From positions 14,070-78,069 of the forward strand of contig SVAY01000006.1 in NCBI GenBank assembly GCA_015059185.1: a stretch of 64,000 bases of DNA. The letters are read 5' to 3'. Numbering within the stretch: position 1 is the first letter of the stretch; the number at the start of each line of letters is the position of its first letter. Positions 21,771 to 30,861 of the stretch are shown one piece after another. The notes beneath the pieces are model-generated. The model worked only from the letters and a program-made list of their open reading frames with translations. It searched no databases and was not told the origin of the DNA. The translations under genes and the position numbers were made by a program. This DNA is from Erysipelotrichaceae bacterium (GTDB lineage Bacteria; Bacillota_I; Bacilli_A; RFN20; CAG-826).

Positions 21771-23201
21771 ATGAACCAGAACGATAAATATATGAGTCCC
21801 TTCTCAGAAAGATATGCTTCCAAAGAAATGCAATATCTATTTTCCGCAAACAAAAAGTATTCAACCTGGAGAAGACTATGGGTTGCTTTAGCAGAAGCAG
21901 AAAAAGAGTTAGGCATAAAACAAATTACTGATGAAATGATCAAAGAGATGAAAAGTCATATTGAAGACATTGATTATGAGCTAGCTAATAAATACGAAGA
22001 AAAACTTCGTCATGATGTTATGGCCCATATCCACGCTTATGGTGATCAATGCCCTACCGCAAAAGGAATAATACATCTCGGTGCAACTAGTTGCTATGTT
22101 GGTGATAACGCCGATATCATCATTATGAAAGAAGCATTATTACTACTTAAAAAGAAACTAGTTAATCTAATTAATAATCTCGCCAACTTTGCTCTTAAAT
22201 ATAAAGACGTCCCCACTTTGGCCTATACACATTTTCAAGCTGCTCAACCCACTACTGTAGGAAAAAGAGCCTCGTTATGGTTGCATGATTTTATTATTGA
22301 CCTCGAAGATTTAGAATATGTAGCTAACTCTCTTAAATTATTGGGCAATAAAGGCACTACTGGTACCCAAGCTTCTTTTGTAGAACTATTTAACGATAAA
22401 GAAGCTCCTATCAAATTAGATAAGTTAATCGCTAATAAAATGGGATTTAAAGATACTTACCCAGTGTCTGGGCAAACATATACTAGGAAAATTGATTGTC
22501 GTATATATAACGTATTAGCTTCAATCGCCACTTCAGCGAGCAAAATGGCAAATGACATTCGTTTATTGCAACACGAAAAAGAAATAGAAGAACCATTTGA
22601 ATCAAGTCAAGTTGGTTCTAGTGCAATGCCTTATAAACGTAACCCTATGCGTTCAGAAAGAATTACCTCTATAGCAAGATATGTCATAAGCAATATGAAT
22701 AATCCTTATATTACTGCTTCTTCTCAGTGGCTTGAAAGAACTCTAGATGACTCCGCTAATCGAAGGATTGTATTAAGCGAAGGATTTTTAGGAGCGGATG
22801 GCATCTTAGATTTATGTATAAATATCACTGAAGGACTTGTTGTTAATCAAAAAGTGATTGAAAAGAACCTTAAAGAAGAACTTCCTTTTATGATTACCGA
22901 GAACATTTTGATGGACCAAGTAAAAGAAGGTGGAAACCGCCAAGAACTTCATGAAGAAATAAGGAAGCTTTCTATGGAAGCTAGTAAAAGGGTGAAGGAA
23001 GAAGGATTAGATAACGATTTATATTCAAGAATCCTTGCTTCAAATAAGTTTAAAATTTCAAATGATAAAGACTATTTAAATCCAAATAAATATATAGGAT
23101 TAGCAAATGAACAAGTAACCTCATTTATAAATGCAATAGTTAATCCTATTTTAGAAAAAAATAAAGATTTGCTTGGAATTAAAGTAAAAATCAATAAATA
23201 G
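21771..23201 (+). CDS. purB: adenylosuccinate lyase
   Basis: 476 aa fumarate-lyase family protein with purB-type termini; immediately follows purA. Confidence 0.8.
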   Translation: MNQNDKYMSPFSERYASKEMQYLFSANKKYSTWRRLWVALAEAEKELGIKQITDEMIKEMKSHIEDIDYELANKYEEKLRHDVMAHIHAYGDQCPTAKGIIHLGATSCYVGDNADIIIMKEALLLLKKKLVNLINNLANFALKYKDVPTLAYTHFQAAQPTTVGKRASLWLHDFIIDLEDLEYVANSLKLLGNKGTTGTQASFVELFNDKEAPIKLDKLIANKMGFKDTYPVSGQTYTRKIDCRIYNVLASIATSASKMANDIRLLQHEKEIEEPFESSQVGSSAMPYKRNPMRSERITSIARYVISNMNNPYITASSQWLERTLDDSANRRIVLSEGFLGADGILDLCINITEGLVVNQKVIEKNLKEELPFMITENILMDQVKEGGNRQELHEEIRKLSMEASKRVKEEGLDNDLYSRILASNKFKISNDKDYLNPNKYIGLANEQVTSFINAIVNPILEKNKDLLGIKVKINK

Positions 23202-23209
23202 GTGGAGTT

Positions 23210-24742
23210 ATGGATAAGATATTAGTTTTAGATTTTGGAGGGCAATATAACCAACTAATTGCTCGTCGAGTACGTTCGCTTTCAGTTTTTGCCGAAATTA
23301 AAAACTATGATTGTATAACTAGTGAAGAAATAAAGAATAACGATTATAAAGGAATTATTTTTACAGGTGGTCCTAATAGTGTATATGATCCATCTTCACC
23401 TCATTATTCAAAAGATATCTTAGAATTAGGTATTCCAATCCTAGGAATATGTTATGGTGATCAACTTCTCGCTTATATGAATGGGGCCACTATCACTAGC
23501 GCTAAACATAATAGTGAATATGGCAAGACAACCCTTATCTCTTTGGGTGGAACCATCTTAAAGGGAGTACCAGAAAAAAGCGTCTGTTGGATGAGCCATA
23601 CTGATTATATTAAAGAAGCGCCAAGTGGCTTTAAAACCACTGGTTATACAAATAATTGTCCATGCGCCGTCATGGAGAATAATGAAAAGAAATTTTATGG
23701 CGTGCAATTCCATCCAGAAGTTACTCATACAGAATACGGAATGACGATATTATCAAATTTCGTTTTTGATGTGTGTGAATGTAAAGCTGATTGGAAGATG
23801 GACAACTTTGCTAAAGCTTCAATAGAAAAATATAGAAATGAATTAAAAGATAAAAAGGTTTTATTGGCGCTTTCTGGTGGTCTTGATTCTTCTGTTGTTG
23901 CACTTCTACTTAATAAAGCAATAGGAAAAAACCTTATCTGTGTATTTGTTGATCATGGCTTATTAAGAAAAGATGAAGGAGACTATGTTGAAAAGGTCTT
24001 TAAAGATACATTTGATATTAACCTCATTAGGGTAAACGCAAAAGCGAGGTTCTTAAATGCCCTAAAAGGAGTAACAGATCCAGAAACAAAACGTAAGATT
24101 ATTGGAAAAGAATTTATTGAAGTCTTTACCGAAGAAGCAAAGAAGATTGGGAATATCGATATACTATCACAAGGCACCATTTATCCAGATGTCATTGAAA
24201 GCGGTAGAAACGCCTCAGCAGTCATTAAAAGCCATCATAACGTTGGGGGATTACCAAAAGATATTGGCTTCAAAGGAATAGTTGAACCTTTAAGGGATCT
24301 TTTTAAAGATGAAGTAAGAAAAATTGGTATTGAACTAGGGCTCCCGTTAGAATTAGTTTACCGTCAACCATTCCCTGGACCTGGACTAGCGGTAAGAATT
24401 ATAGGCGAGATTACAGAAGAAAAAATTAAAATTGCTCAAGATAGCGACGCGATACTGAGGGAAGAATTCTTAAAAGCAGGTTTAGATAAAAAAGCAAACC
24501 AATATTTTACCGTTGTTACCAACACACACTCAGTTGGAGTTATGGGTGACGCTAGAACATATGGTTATACCCTTGCTATTAGAGCGGTGACAACCGATGA
24601 CTTTATGACGGCTACATGGACAAGGATTCCTTTTGATACATTAGAGACTATCAGTTCACGAATCACCAATGAAGTCAAAGGCATAAACCGTGTGACATAC
24701 GATATCACAAGCAAACCACCTGCTACTGTTGAATGGGAATAA
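23210..24742 (+). CDS. guaA: GMP synthase (glutamine-hydrolysing), full length
   Basis: N-terminal GATase (GICYGDQ; HPE), ATP-PPase SGGxDSS motif and C-terminal ...TVEWE. Confidence 0.9.
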   Translation: MDKILVLDFGGQYNQLIARRVRSLSVFAEIKNYDCITSEEIKNNDYKGIIFTGGPNSVYDPSSPHYSKDILELGIPILGICYGDQLLAYMNGATITSAKHNSEYGKTTLISLGGTILKGVPEKSVCWMSHTDYIKEAPSGFKTTGYTNNCPCAVMENNEKKFYGVQFHPEVTHTEYGMTILSNFVFDVCECKADWKMDNFAKASIEKYRNELKDKKVLLALSGGLDSSVVALLLNKAIGKNLICVFVDHGLLRKDEGDYVEKVFKDTFDINLIRVNAKARFLNALKGVTDPETKRKIIGKEFIEVFTEEAKKIGNIDILSQGTIYPDVIESGRNASAVIKSHHNVGGLPKDIGFKGIVEPLRDLFKDEVRKIGIELGLPLELVYRQPFPGPGLAVRIIGEITEEKIKIAQDSDAILREEFLKAGLDKKANQYFTVVTNTHSVGVMGDARTYGYTLAIRAVTTDDFMTATWTRIPFDTLETISSRITNEVKGINRVTYDITSKPPATVEWE

Positions 24743-24743
24743 T

Positions 24744-25391
24744 ATGAAAAAACACATTGTTATTCAACTTGTGATTGCTTTCTTATTTACCTTTATGGGT
24801 GGATACTGTGATGGGTATACCTATTTAACAAGAAATGGGATATTTAGTCATATGCAAACAGGCAACCTTATCAAATTTTGTATCGCCCTAGCAAATGGAT
24901 ATTTTGAATATCCTTTATTAATACCTATTATCTTTTTCTGTTTAGGATGCATAGCTGCAACTTTTATTGGAAAACTCAAATATTGTACCTATATCACCAC
25001 TATTACTTTAACAATAACATTTTTCGCTTGTAGCTTTTGTCCCTTAGAAAAAACATGGAACATTGTTGCTGTCTCTATATTATCTTTTGTTGCTGCTTTA
25101 CAGTTCCAAGCATTTAATAGATGCCTTAATTACCACTATACTTCAACCATGTGCACGAATAATATGCGTTTATTATCAAATAACATTGCGCATGGAAATT
25201 TGAAGAAGGTTGCTTTTTATTTTTCAATTATATTATGCTTTGCTCTTGGTGTAGTTGCTTCTACGTTCGTCGTAAAAGCAATGGACTTTTATGCTCTTGC
25301 TCCAAGCGCTTTAATCTTTATTGTTATACTAGTTTTATTATTTGTTGATAAAAACGAAATCAAAATAGATGATGAAGAAATAAACGACTAA
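24744..25391 (+). CDS. DUF1275 / YoaK-family membrane protein
   Basis: Hydrophobic 216-aa protein with YoaK-like N-terminal pattern (GGYCDGYTYL); weak RBS. Confidence 0.5.
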   Translation: MKKHIVIQLVIAFLFTFMGGYCDGYTYLTRNGIFSHMQTGNLIKFCIALANGYFEYPLLIPIIFFCLGCIAATFIGKLKYCTYITTITLTITFFACSFCPLEKTWNIVAVSILSFVAALQFQAFNRCLNYHYTSTMCTNNMRLLSNNIAHGNLKKVAFYFSIILCFALGVVASTFVVKAMDFYALAPSALIFIVILVLLFVDKNEIKIDDEEIND

Positions 25392-25392
25392 T

Positions 25393-26631
25393 CTATTCCT
25401 TCATTCTATTTAAACATTCTTTTATTATCTTAGGCAAAATAGAGGCTTCATATTTACTAATTGTACATAAAGCTACTCTTAAACAAGTAGTTGTTGGAAT
25501 AAGGTAGACTTTATCTTTATGTAATTCTTCTGCCACTTTTTTAGGGTTATTACAAGGAATACAAATAAAGAAGCCCTTTTCATAAGGAAGGGTTATTAAA
25601 TTAACTTCTTTTGCTTTATCTAGAAAAAGCACACAGCGATCTTCTAGCATCTTGCAAACGTTTTTAATTTCATTTTCATAGCTAAGACGGTATTCATCAT
25701 TAAGCACTAACTTTTCTATAATACTCATTCCTAAGGTAGAAGAATCAGACCACTTTGCTCTTGTTGAAAAGTTACTAGCGTTTCGAAAAGCTTTAATCTC
25801 GTCTTTATCGTGAGTAAGTGCAACTAAAGCCCCAACTCTTAAGCCATATAGTCCAAATGATTTAGATCCAGAAAACACAAAGAACGCAATTGCATTATTT
25901 GGAATGTTTTTAAACTTCGTAAATCTATTTCTTATGATGTTTTGGTTAGTATTGTAAAAATCAAAATATGCAACATCCATTATAAAAACAAAACTATTAT
26001 TCGGATTAGATTTTGCAATCTCTATCAAAGCATCATAATCTTCATCCTTCATACAAAAACCTGTTGGGTTTTCACAAGGATCGTTAATTATTATAGTGAT
26101 ACGGTTTTGTTTCTTTTTTAATTCATTAATTTTGTTAATCAAAAAATCTATGTCAAACAACCCTTCTTTATTAAAGAGATGATAAGTGTCAGAATTAAAC
26201 CCCATCTCAACACCATATGTAAGATAGTTTTCCCACATATAATTTGGTAATAGAATTGTATCCCCTTTATCCATATAATTTGATAAAACAAGATTAAGCC
26301 CTCCACTTCCTCCTGGAGTGACAATTGAATCAATATAGCATTCTTTCTTAATAATAGATATGTTATTTCCAAATAAAGAATATAAGACCGCTTCTTTATA
26401 GGTTGGAGTACCTAAAGAATCGGTATAAGCAAATTTCTCATTATTGGATAAGTTTTCAATGACCTTTTTAACAGAATCAAAAACATAAAGGGAACCATCC
26501 TCGTTCTTCAACATGCCAGTTGTTGAATTAATAACGGAAGAGTCCTCTTTTTTCGCTTTGATCGCTTCTGATTCAATCGCGAGGATATTGTTATTTAATA
26601 GTTTATTCTCACTACCTTTTTTAATAATCAT
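25393..26631 (-). CDS. aspartate/aromatic aminotransferase family (AspC-like)
   Basis: 412 aa; catalytic Lys region SGSKSFGLYGLRVG matches the AspAT SxSKxFGLYGERVG consensus. Confidence 0.7.
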   Translation of the reverse strand: MIIKKGSENKLLNNNILAIESEAIKAKKEDSSVINSTTGMLKNEDGSLYVFDSVKKVIENLSNNEKFAYTDSLGTPTYKEAVLYSLFGNNISIIKKECYIDSIVTPGGSGGLNLVLSNYMDKGDTILLPNYMWENYLTYGVEMGFNSDTYHLFNKEGLFDIDFLINKINELKKKQNRITIIINDPCENPTGFCMKDEDYDALIEIAKSNPNNSFVFIMDVAYFDFYNTNQNIIRNRFTKFKNIPNNAIAFFVFSGSKSFGLYGLRVGALVALTHDKDEIKAFRNASNFSTRAKWSDSSTLGMSIIEKLVLNDEYRLSYENEIKNVCKMLEDRCVLFLDKAKEVNLITLPYEKGFFICIPCNNPKKVAEELHKDKVYLIPTTTCLRVALCTISKYEASILPKIIKECLNRMKE

Positions 26632-26704
26632 AAAAACACTTTATAACTAAAACAATTATTAAATAAAATACTTTTAATATAGGTATAACCATAGTAAAAA
26701 CAAA

Positions 26705-26828
26705 TAATAAAAAATATCTCATATCGAGATACTCTTTATTCGTCAACCAGGGCAGTTACCATCCTGGAACACCGTAGCCATCTAATTAGATGCGTCGTGG
26801 TCGCGCACTGATTCTCCACCTTTGACGA
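26705..26828 (-). other. GC-rich structured element (closing helix UCGUCAA/UUGACGA enclosing two perfect hairpins) followed on the minus strand by hairpin 26715-26731 plus a U-run; unassigned RNA motif/terminator
   Basis: Stems read directly from the sequence; the island is conspicuously GC-rich in an AT-rich intergenic region; no match to motifs I can recall. Confidence 0.3.
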
Positions 26829-26855
26829 CTTTATTATAGTTGCATTTACAGCAAC

Positions 26856-27269
26856 TTACAATCTATTTTCCTCAATCCTATAGGTAATGAAAATAGTTTT
26901 GATATAAGCAGTATGTCTATCGTTTTCTAACAACTTGACTGCTAACTGTATGAAACCTGAACTTTCACCTTTTCTTTTTATGAAATAGTAATAAGTCTCT
27001 TTATGAATGTGACTCTTTACATACCTAACATAACTATGGATGCCATCTGGAATAGATTCAATATCCCTTACTTTAAGCTGATGATCCTTTCTTGCAATAT
27101 GTTCAAATCTTGTTTGATTACTCCTAGCTTGGTCATTTCTCACTATAATTGTAAGATTGTGTTTCTTATCAAATATTGTTTTTGGTAATTTAGCTAGAGC
27201 CTCCATAACATTTTCATCATAATACGAGACTTCTTTCTGCTTCATAAGTGTTTCAATGATAGAACACAA
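26856..27269 (-). CDS. hypothetical 137-aa basic protein; no recognisable SD; possibly a degraded or orphan gene
   Basis: ORF only; no family recognised; no Shine-Dalgarno upstream of any candidate start. Confidence 0.3.
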   Translation of the reverse strand: MCSIIETLMKQKEVSYYDENVMEALAKLPKTIFDKKHNLTIIVRNDQARSNQTRFEHIARKDHQLKVRDIESIPDGIHSYVRYVKSHIHKETYYYFIKRKGESSGFIQLAVKLLENDRHTAYIKTIFITYRIEENRL

Positions 27270-27379
27270 AAAAGGAGATAATCAATACATATTTTTCTTA
27301 AGAAAAAAATCCCTATTATTATATATTGATAGTACTTAGATATAACTTATTACATAGATATATATAATAATTGGGATAA

Positions 27380-27422
27380 TTATGAAAAAAATTAAAAGGA
27401 GAGGTAACCCTCTCCAATTTTG
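27380..27422. terminator. strong (bidirectional) terminator ending the nucleoside-transporter/guaA' operon
   Basis: GGAGAGG-GTTA/TAAC-CCTCTCC hairpin with an A-run upstream and a T-run downstream. Confidence 0.7.
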
Positions 27423-27435
27423 ATAATGATTTATC

Positions 27436-28413
27436 TTATTCCCACTCGATTGTTGCGACTGGTTTTGGTGATAAGTCATATAAGACTCTATTAACACCTT
27501 TAACTTCGTTTAAGATACGATTAACAATCTTATTTAAGATTTCGTATGGGATTGGTTCAATTGTCGCGCTTGTGGCGTCTACTGAGTTAACAGCACGGAT
27601 CACAACTGGCCATTCAAATGTACGTTTATTATCTTTAATACCTGTGCTTCTGAAATCTGGAACGATGGTGAAGTATTGCCATACTTTTCCTTCAAGTCCT
27701 GCATTAGCGAATTCTTCTCTAAGAATCGCGTCTGCTTCTCTTACAGCTTCAAGTCTATCACGGGTAATCGCGCCGACACATCTCACACCAAGACCTGGTC
27801 CTGGGAATGGTTGACGATAGACCATATTATGTGGTAAACCAAGAGCTTCACCAACAACACGAACTTCGTCTTTATATAAGAACTTCACTGGTTCAACGAG
27901 TTCAAACTTAAGATCTTCTGGAAGACCACCAACGTTGTGGTGAGCCTTGATGCCTTTAGATTCTAAGATATCTGGATAAATTGTACCTTGACCTAAGAAA
28001 GCAATACCGTCTAATTTACGAGCTTCTTCAGCGAAGACATCAATGAAGATTTTGCCGATAATTTTACGTTTGGTTTCTGGATCGCTGACACCTGCTAAAG
28101 CATCTAAGAATCTGTCAACTGCGTCAACATAGATTAAGTTTGCACCGAGTTCTTCTTTAAATACTTTGATAACTTGTTCTGGTTCGCCTTTACGTAATAA
28201 GCCATGGTTCACGTGAACACATGTTAAGTTATTACCAATAGCTTTGATTAATAAAGCAGCACAGACTGAGCTATCAACTCCTCCAGAAAGGGCTAATAAC
28301 ACTTTCTTATCACCCACTTGGGCTCTAATTGCTGCAATTTGTTCGGCGATGAATTTATCCGCTAATTCTTTAGTGGTAATTCTTGCCATATTTGGATCTC
28401 TAACATCTGACAT
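27436..28413 (-). CDS. GMP synthase ATP-pyrophosphatase + dimerisation domain only (GuaA C-domain paralog; no glutaminase domain)
   Basis: 325 aa with [19 protein letters not shown] and [10 protein letters not shown] motifs, ending TIEWE; about 60% identical to residues ~200-510 of the full guaA in this window; strong RBS AAGGAGG. Confidence 0.8.
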   Translation of the reverse strand: MSDVRDPNMARITTKELADKFIAEQIAAIRAQVGDKKVLLALSGGVDSSVCAALLIKAIGNNLTCVHVNHGLLRKGEPEQVIKVFKEELGANLIYVDAVDRFLDALAGVSDPETKRKIIGKIFIDVFAEEARKLDGIAFLGQGTIYPDILESKGIKAHHNVGGLPEDLKFELVEPVKFLYKDEVRVVGEALGLPHNMVYRQPFPGPGLGVRCVGAITRDRLEAVREADAILREEFANAGLEGKVWQYFTIVPDFRSTGIKDNKRTFEWPVVIRAVNSVDATSATIEPIPYEILNKIVNRILNEVKGVNRVLYDLSPKPVATIEWE

Positions 28414-28432
28414 AATAATTCCTCCTTAGAGA

Positions 28433-29416
28433 TTATCTATCTTCACGGAAATATGTAATACCTAATCCAGCCGGTGGTTGAGCGTTCTTTTTATTAAACA
28501 CACTAGTCAAGATTAAGACTAAGATTGTAGCTGCATAAGGTACAATAGAGAACATTTGCATTTGGACAGAACTAAGTGATAAGAAGTTTGGTAACACTTG
28601 TAATGCTCCGAATAAAAGGGAAGCAAAGATACAAATTGTTGGCTTCCACATTGAGAAGATAACAAGTGATAAGGCTAACCAACCAAAGGCATCAACTGCA
28701 TCCTTAGGGTTGAACATACCTTTATATAAATCGATTTCAAGAGCCATACCACCTAAGCCAGCAATTGCTGCACCTAAGATAGTAGCGATGTATCTATATT
28801 TATCAACATTGATACCGGCAGCGTCAGCAGCAGCAGGGTTTTCACCACACGCTCTTAAGTTAAGGCCAACTCTAGTACGGCTGATAATGATTGCAGCAAC
28901 AATAGCAACAATAATAGCAGTGTATGTAAATAAGGATTGAGAGAAGAAGATTTGACCAAACCAGTTTCCACCCCATTCAAATCCGCTTGGGACGAATAAG
29001 GATTGAATCATGAGTCCAGCCTCGCTCATTCTTGTGGTTGGAATTAAACCAATGAAGTAACAGGATAAACCAACACCAAATGTGGTAATGGTAAGACCTG
29101 TAACATTATGATTACACTTTAATGTGACAGTGAAGAAGGAGAATAATAGTCCACCAACGGCAGCAAATAACATTGCAAATAACATTGGCATAAAAAGCAC
29201 TAAGAATGGATTAAGTGCGGTTTCTGGACCGATACTATCAAGATAAACTCTTTCTCCTAAGATACCACCAAGTGCACCAAGATACATGATGCCTGGAATA
29301 CCCATATTTAAGTGTCCACTCTTTTCAGTAATAGTTTCACCAGTACTACCAAAGATGAAGACAGTCGCGAACTTAATCGCTCTAGCAAGGAATGCTACAA
29401 ACATTGTTCCAGTCAT
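28433..29416 (-). CDS. ABC transporter permease (BMP/nucleoside-type, NupC/YufQ-like)
   Basis: 327 aa multi-TM protein in the BMP-ABC operon context. Confidence 0.7.
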   Translation of the reverse strand: MTGTMFVAFLARAIKFATVFIFGSTGETITEKSGHLNMGIPGIMYLGALGGILGERVYLDSIGPETALNPFLVLFMPMLFAMLFAAVGGLLFSFFTVTLKCNHNVTGLTITTFGVGLSCYFIGLIPTTRMSEAGLMIQSLFVPSGFEWGGNWFGQIFFSQSLFTYTAIIVAIVAAIIISRTRVGLNLRACGENPAAADAAGINVDKYRYIATILGAAIAGLGGMALEIDLYKGMFNPKDAVDAFGWLALSLVIFSMWKPTICIFASLLFGALQVLPNFLSLSSVQMQMFSIVPYAATILVLILTSVFNKKNAQPPAGLGITYFREDR

Positions 29417-29418
29417 AC

Positions 29419-30861
29419 TTATTTAGCCTCCTTGTTATTCTTTTTAGTTTTGCTAATAGGTTTTTTACTTGCTACCTTTTTAAGAGGTTTCTTTTCCTCT
29501 TTCTTTGGAGCAGGTTTACTAGCTTTTTTTGTAACCTTTACAGGTTTTTTAATTTCTTTTATTTCTTTTTTAACAGGTTTTTTAATTTCTTCTTTAGGAG
29601 TTTCAACCTTTGTTTCTTTTTGAGGTTCTTCTTTAATTTCTTCCACTACTGGAGTAGCTTCTTCAACTGGTTTAACTTCTTCAATAGTTTCACTCGCTTC
29701 CTCTTTAAGAGCACTAGCGTTACTAACTTGTCCTTCATAACTAGGTACGGTTAAAACTTTTGCTCCTTGTTCACCATTAACACCATGACGACGTTTGATT
29801 TCATAGTTCACAAAGAATTCACTAGCAATAACAACTAAGAAGAACATTCCAGTAATAATGTTTGAGAAATCACTAGAGCTCATACCCATTGAGCTAGCGG
29901 CATATGTTGAACCGTTTTGGAAGATACCAACAAGTACTGCATATAAAATCATTTGGCCAGGATTAAATCCACCAAGCCATGCGATTAAAACACCGGTAAA
30001 TCCTCTACCACCAGCTAAGCCAGTTGATAAGGTGTGATGGTGACCAGCGACGAGCAAAAATCCAACAAGCCCACATAAGGCACCACTAAGAATCATAGTT
30101 CTAATAATGACCTTCTTAACATTGATACCGACATATCTAGCAGTATTGACTGATTCACCAACAACGCTTAATTCATAACCATGTTTAGTTTTCTTTAAGT
30201 ACACAATCATTAAAGCAACAACGATAGCAACAATAATGATGTTGAGCAAATATTTAAGACCTAAATCTGGTAAACCACCATTGGTTAATAAACCGAATAC
30301 TTGGGAACCACTTGGAACCCAAATGTTAATGCAAAGAGCAATAAGCGCCATCGCGACATAATTCATCATTAAGGTGAATAATGTTTCATTGGTGTTAAAG
30401 AATGCTTTGAATATGGCCGGAATAACTGCCCAGATGATGCCAGACACTACAGCTGTCACAAGTGAAACAAGGATAATCACGATATCACTTGCATTCATGA
30501 ATTTAGAAATTGCCGCGGTCGCTAAACAACCAACAAGGATTTGTCCTTCACCACCGATATTCCAAAATTTCATTTTAAATGCTGGAGCAAGAGCGAAGGC
30601 CACTAATAATAACAAGCCAATAGTCTCTAATAAAGACATCAACACTTCAATATCTGTAAAATCAAAACATCCGATAAACATTTGTTGATAGAATCTTAAG
30701 AAAGATCCTGGGGTAAGCATGGTACAAATAAGACCAGCTAATAATAATGCTACAAAGAAACCAGCAATTTTAATTAACCAGTAAGTTTTTCTTGGAGTGT
30801 CTAATCTTTTAACGACATGGAAAGGCATTTCAAATCTACTACCTGAACCTGCTAATCTCAT
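29419..30861 (-). CDS. ABC transporter permease (NupB/YufP-like) with a ~110-aa K/E/P-rich low-complexity C-terminal tail
   Basis: Permease core ~360 aa, then ...EEVKPVEEATPVVEEIKEEPQKETKVETPKEEIKKPVKK...KKNNKEAK. Confidence 0.7.
   Translation of the reverse strand: MRLAGSGSRFEMPFHVVKRLDTPRKTYWLIKIAGFFVALLLAGLICTMLTPGSFLRFYQQMFIGCFDFTDIEVLMSLLETIGLLLLVAFALAPAFKMKFWNIGGEGQILVGCLATAAISKFMNASDIVIILVSLVTAVVSGIIWAVIPAIFKAFFNTNETLFTLMMNYVAMALIALCINIWVPSGSQVFGLLTNGGLPDLGLKYLLNIIIVAIVVALMIVYLKKTKHGYELSVVGESVNTARYVGINVKKVIIRTMILSGALCGLVGFLLVAGHHHTLSTGLAGGRGFTGVLIAWLGGFNPGQMILYAVLVGIFQNGSTYAASSMGMSSSDFSNIITGMFFLVVIASEFFVNYEIKRRHGVNGEQGAKVLTVPSYEGQVSNASALKEEASETIEEVKPVEEATPVVEEIKEEPQKETKVETPKEEIKKPVKKEIKEIKKPVKVTKKASKPAPKKEEKKPLKKVASKKPISKTKKNNKEAK

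Noticed and set aside
26740-26828. tmRNA / SRP RNA / 6S RNA identity for the GC-rich island
   Set aside because: No tRNA-like T-arm or acceptor, no SRP domain IV GGAA/AGCA motif, and it is too short; left as an unassigned structure.
29312-29754. Two overlapping Phe/Leu-rich plus-strand ORFs (103 and 120 aa)
   Set aside because: Antisense to the AAA/GAA/CCA codon runs of the K/E/P-rich permease tail; low complexity, no RBS.
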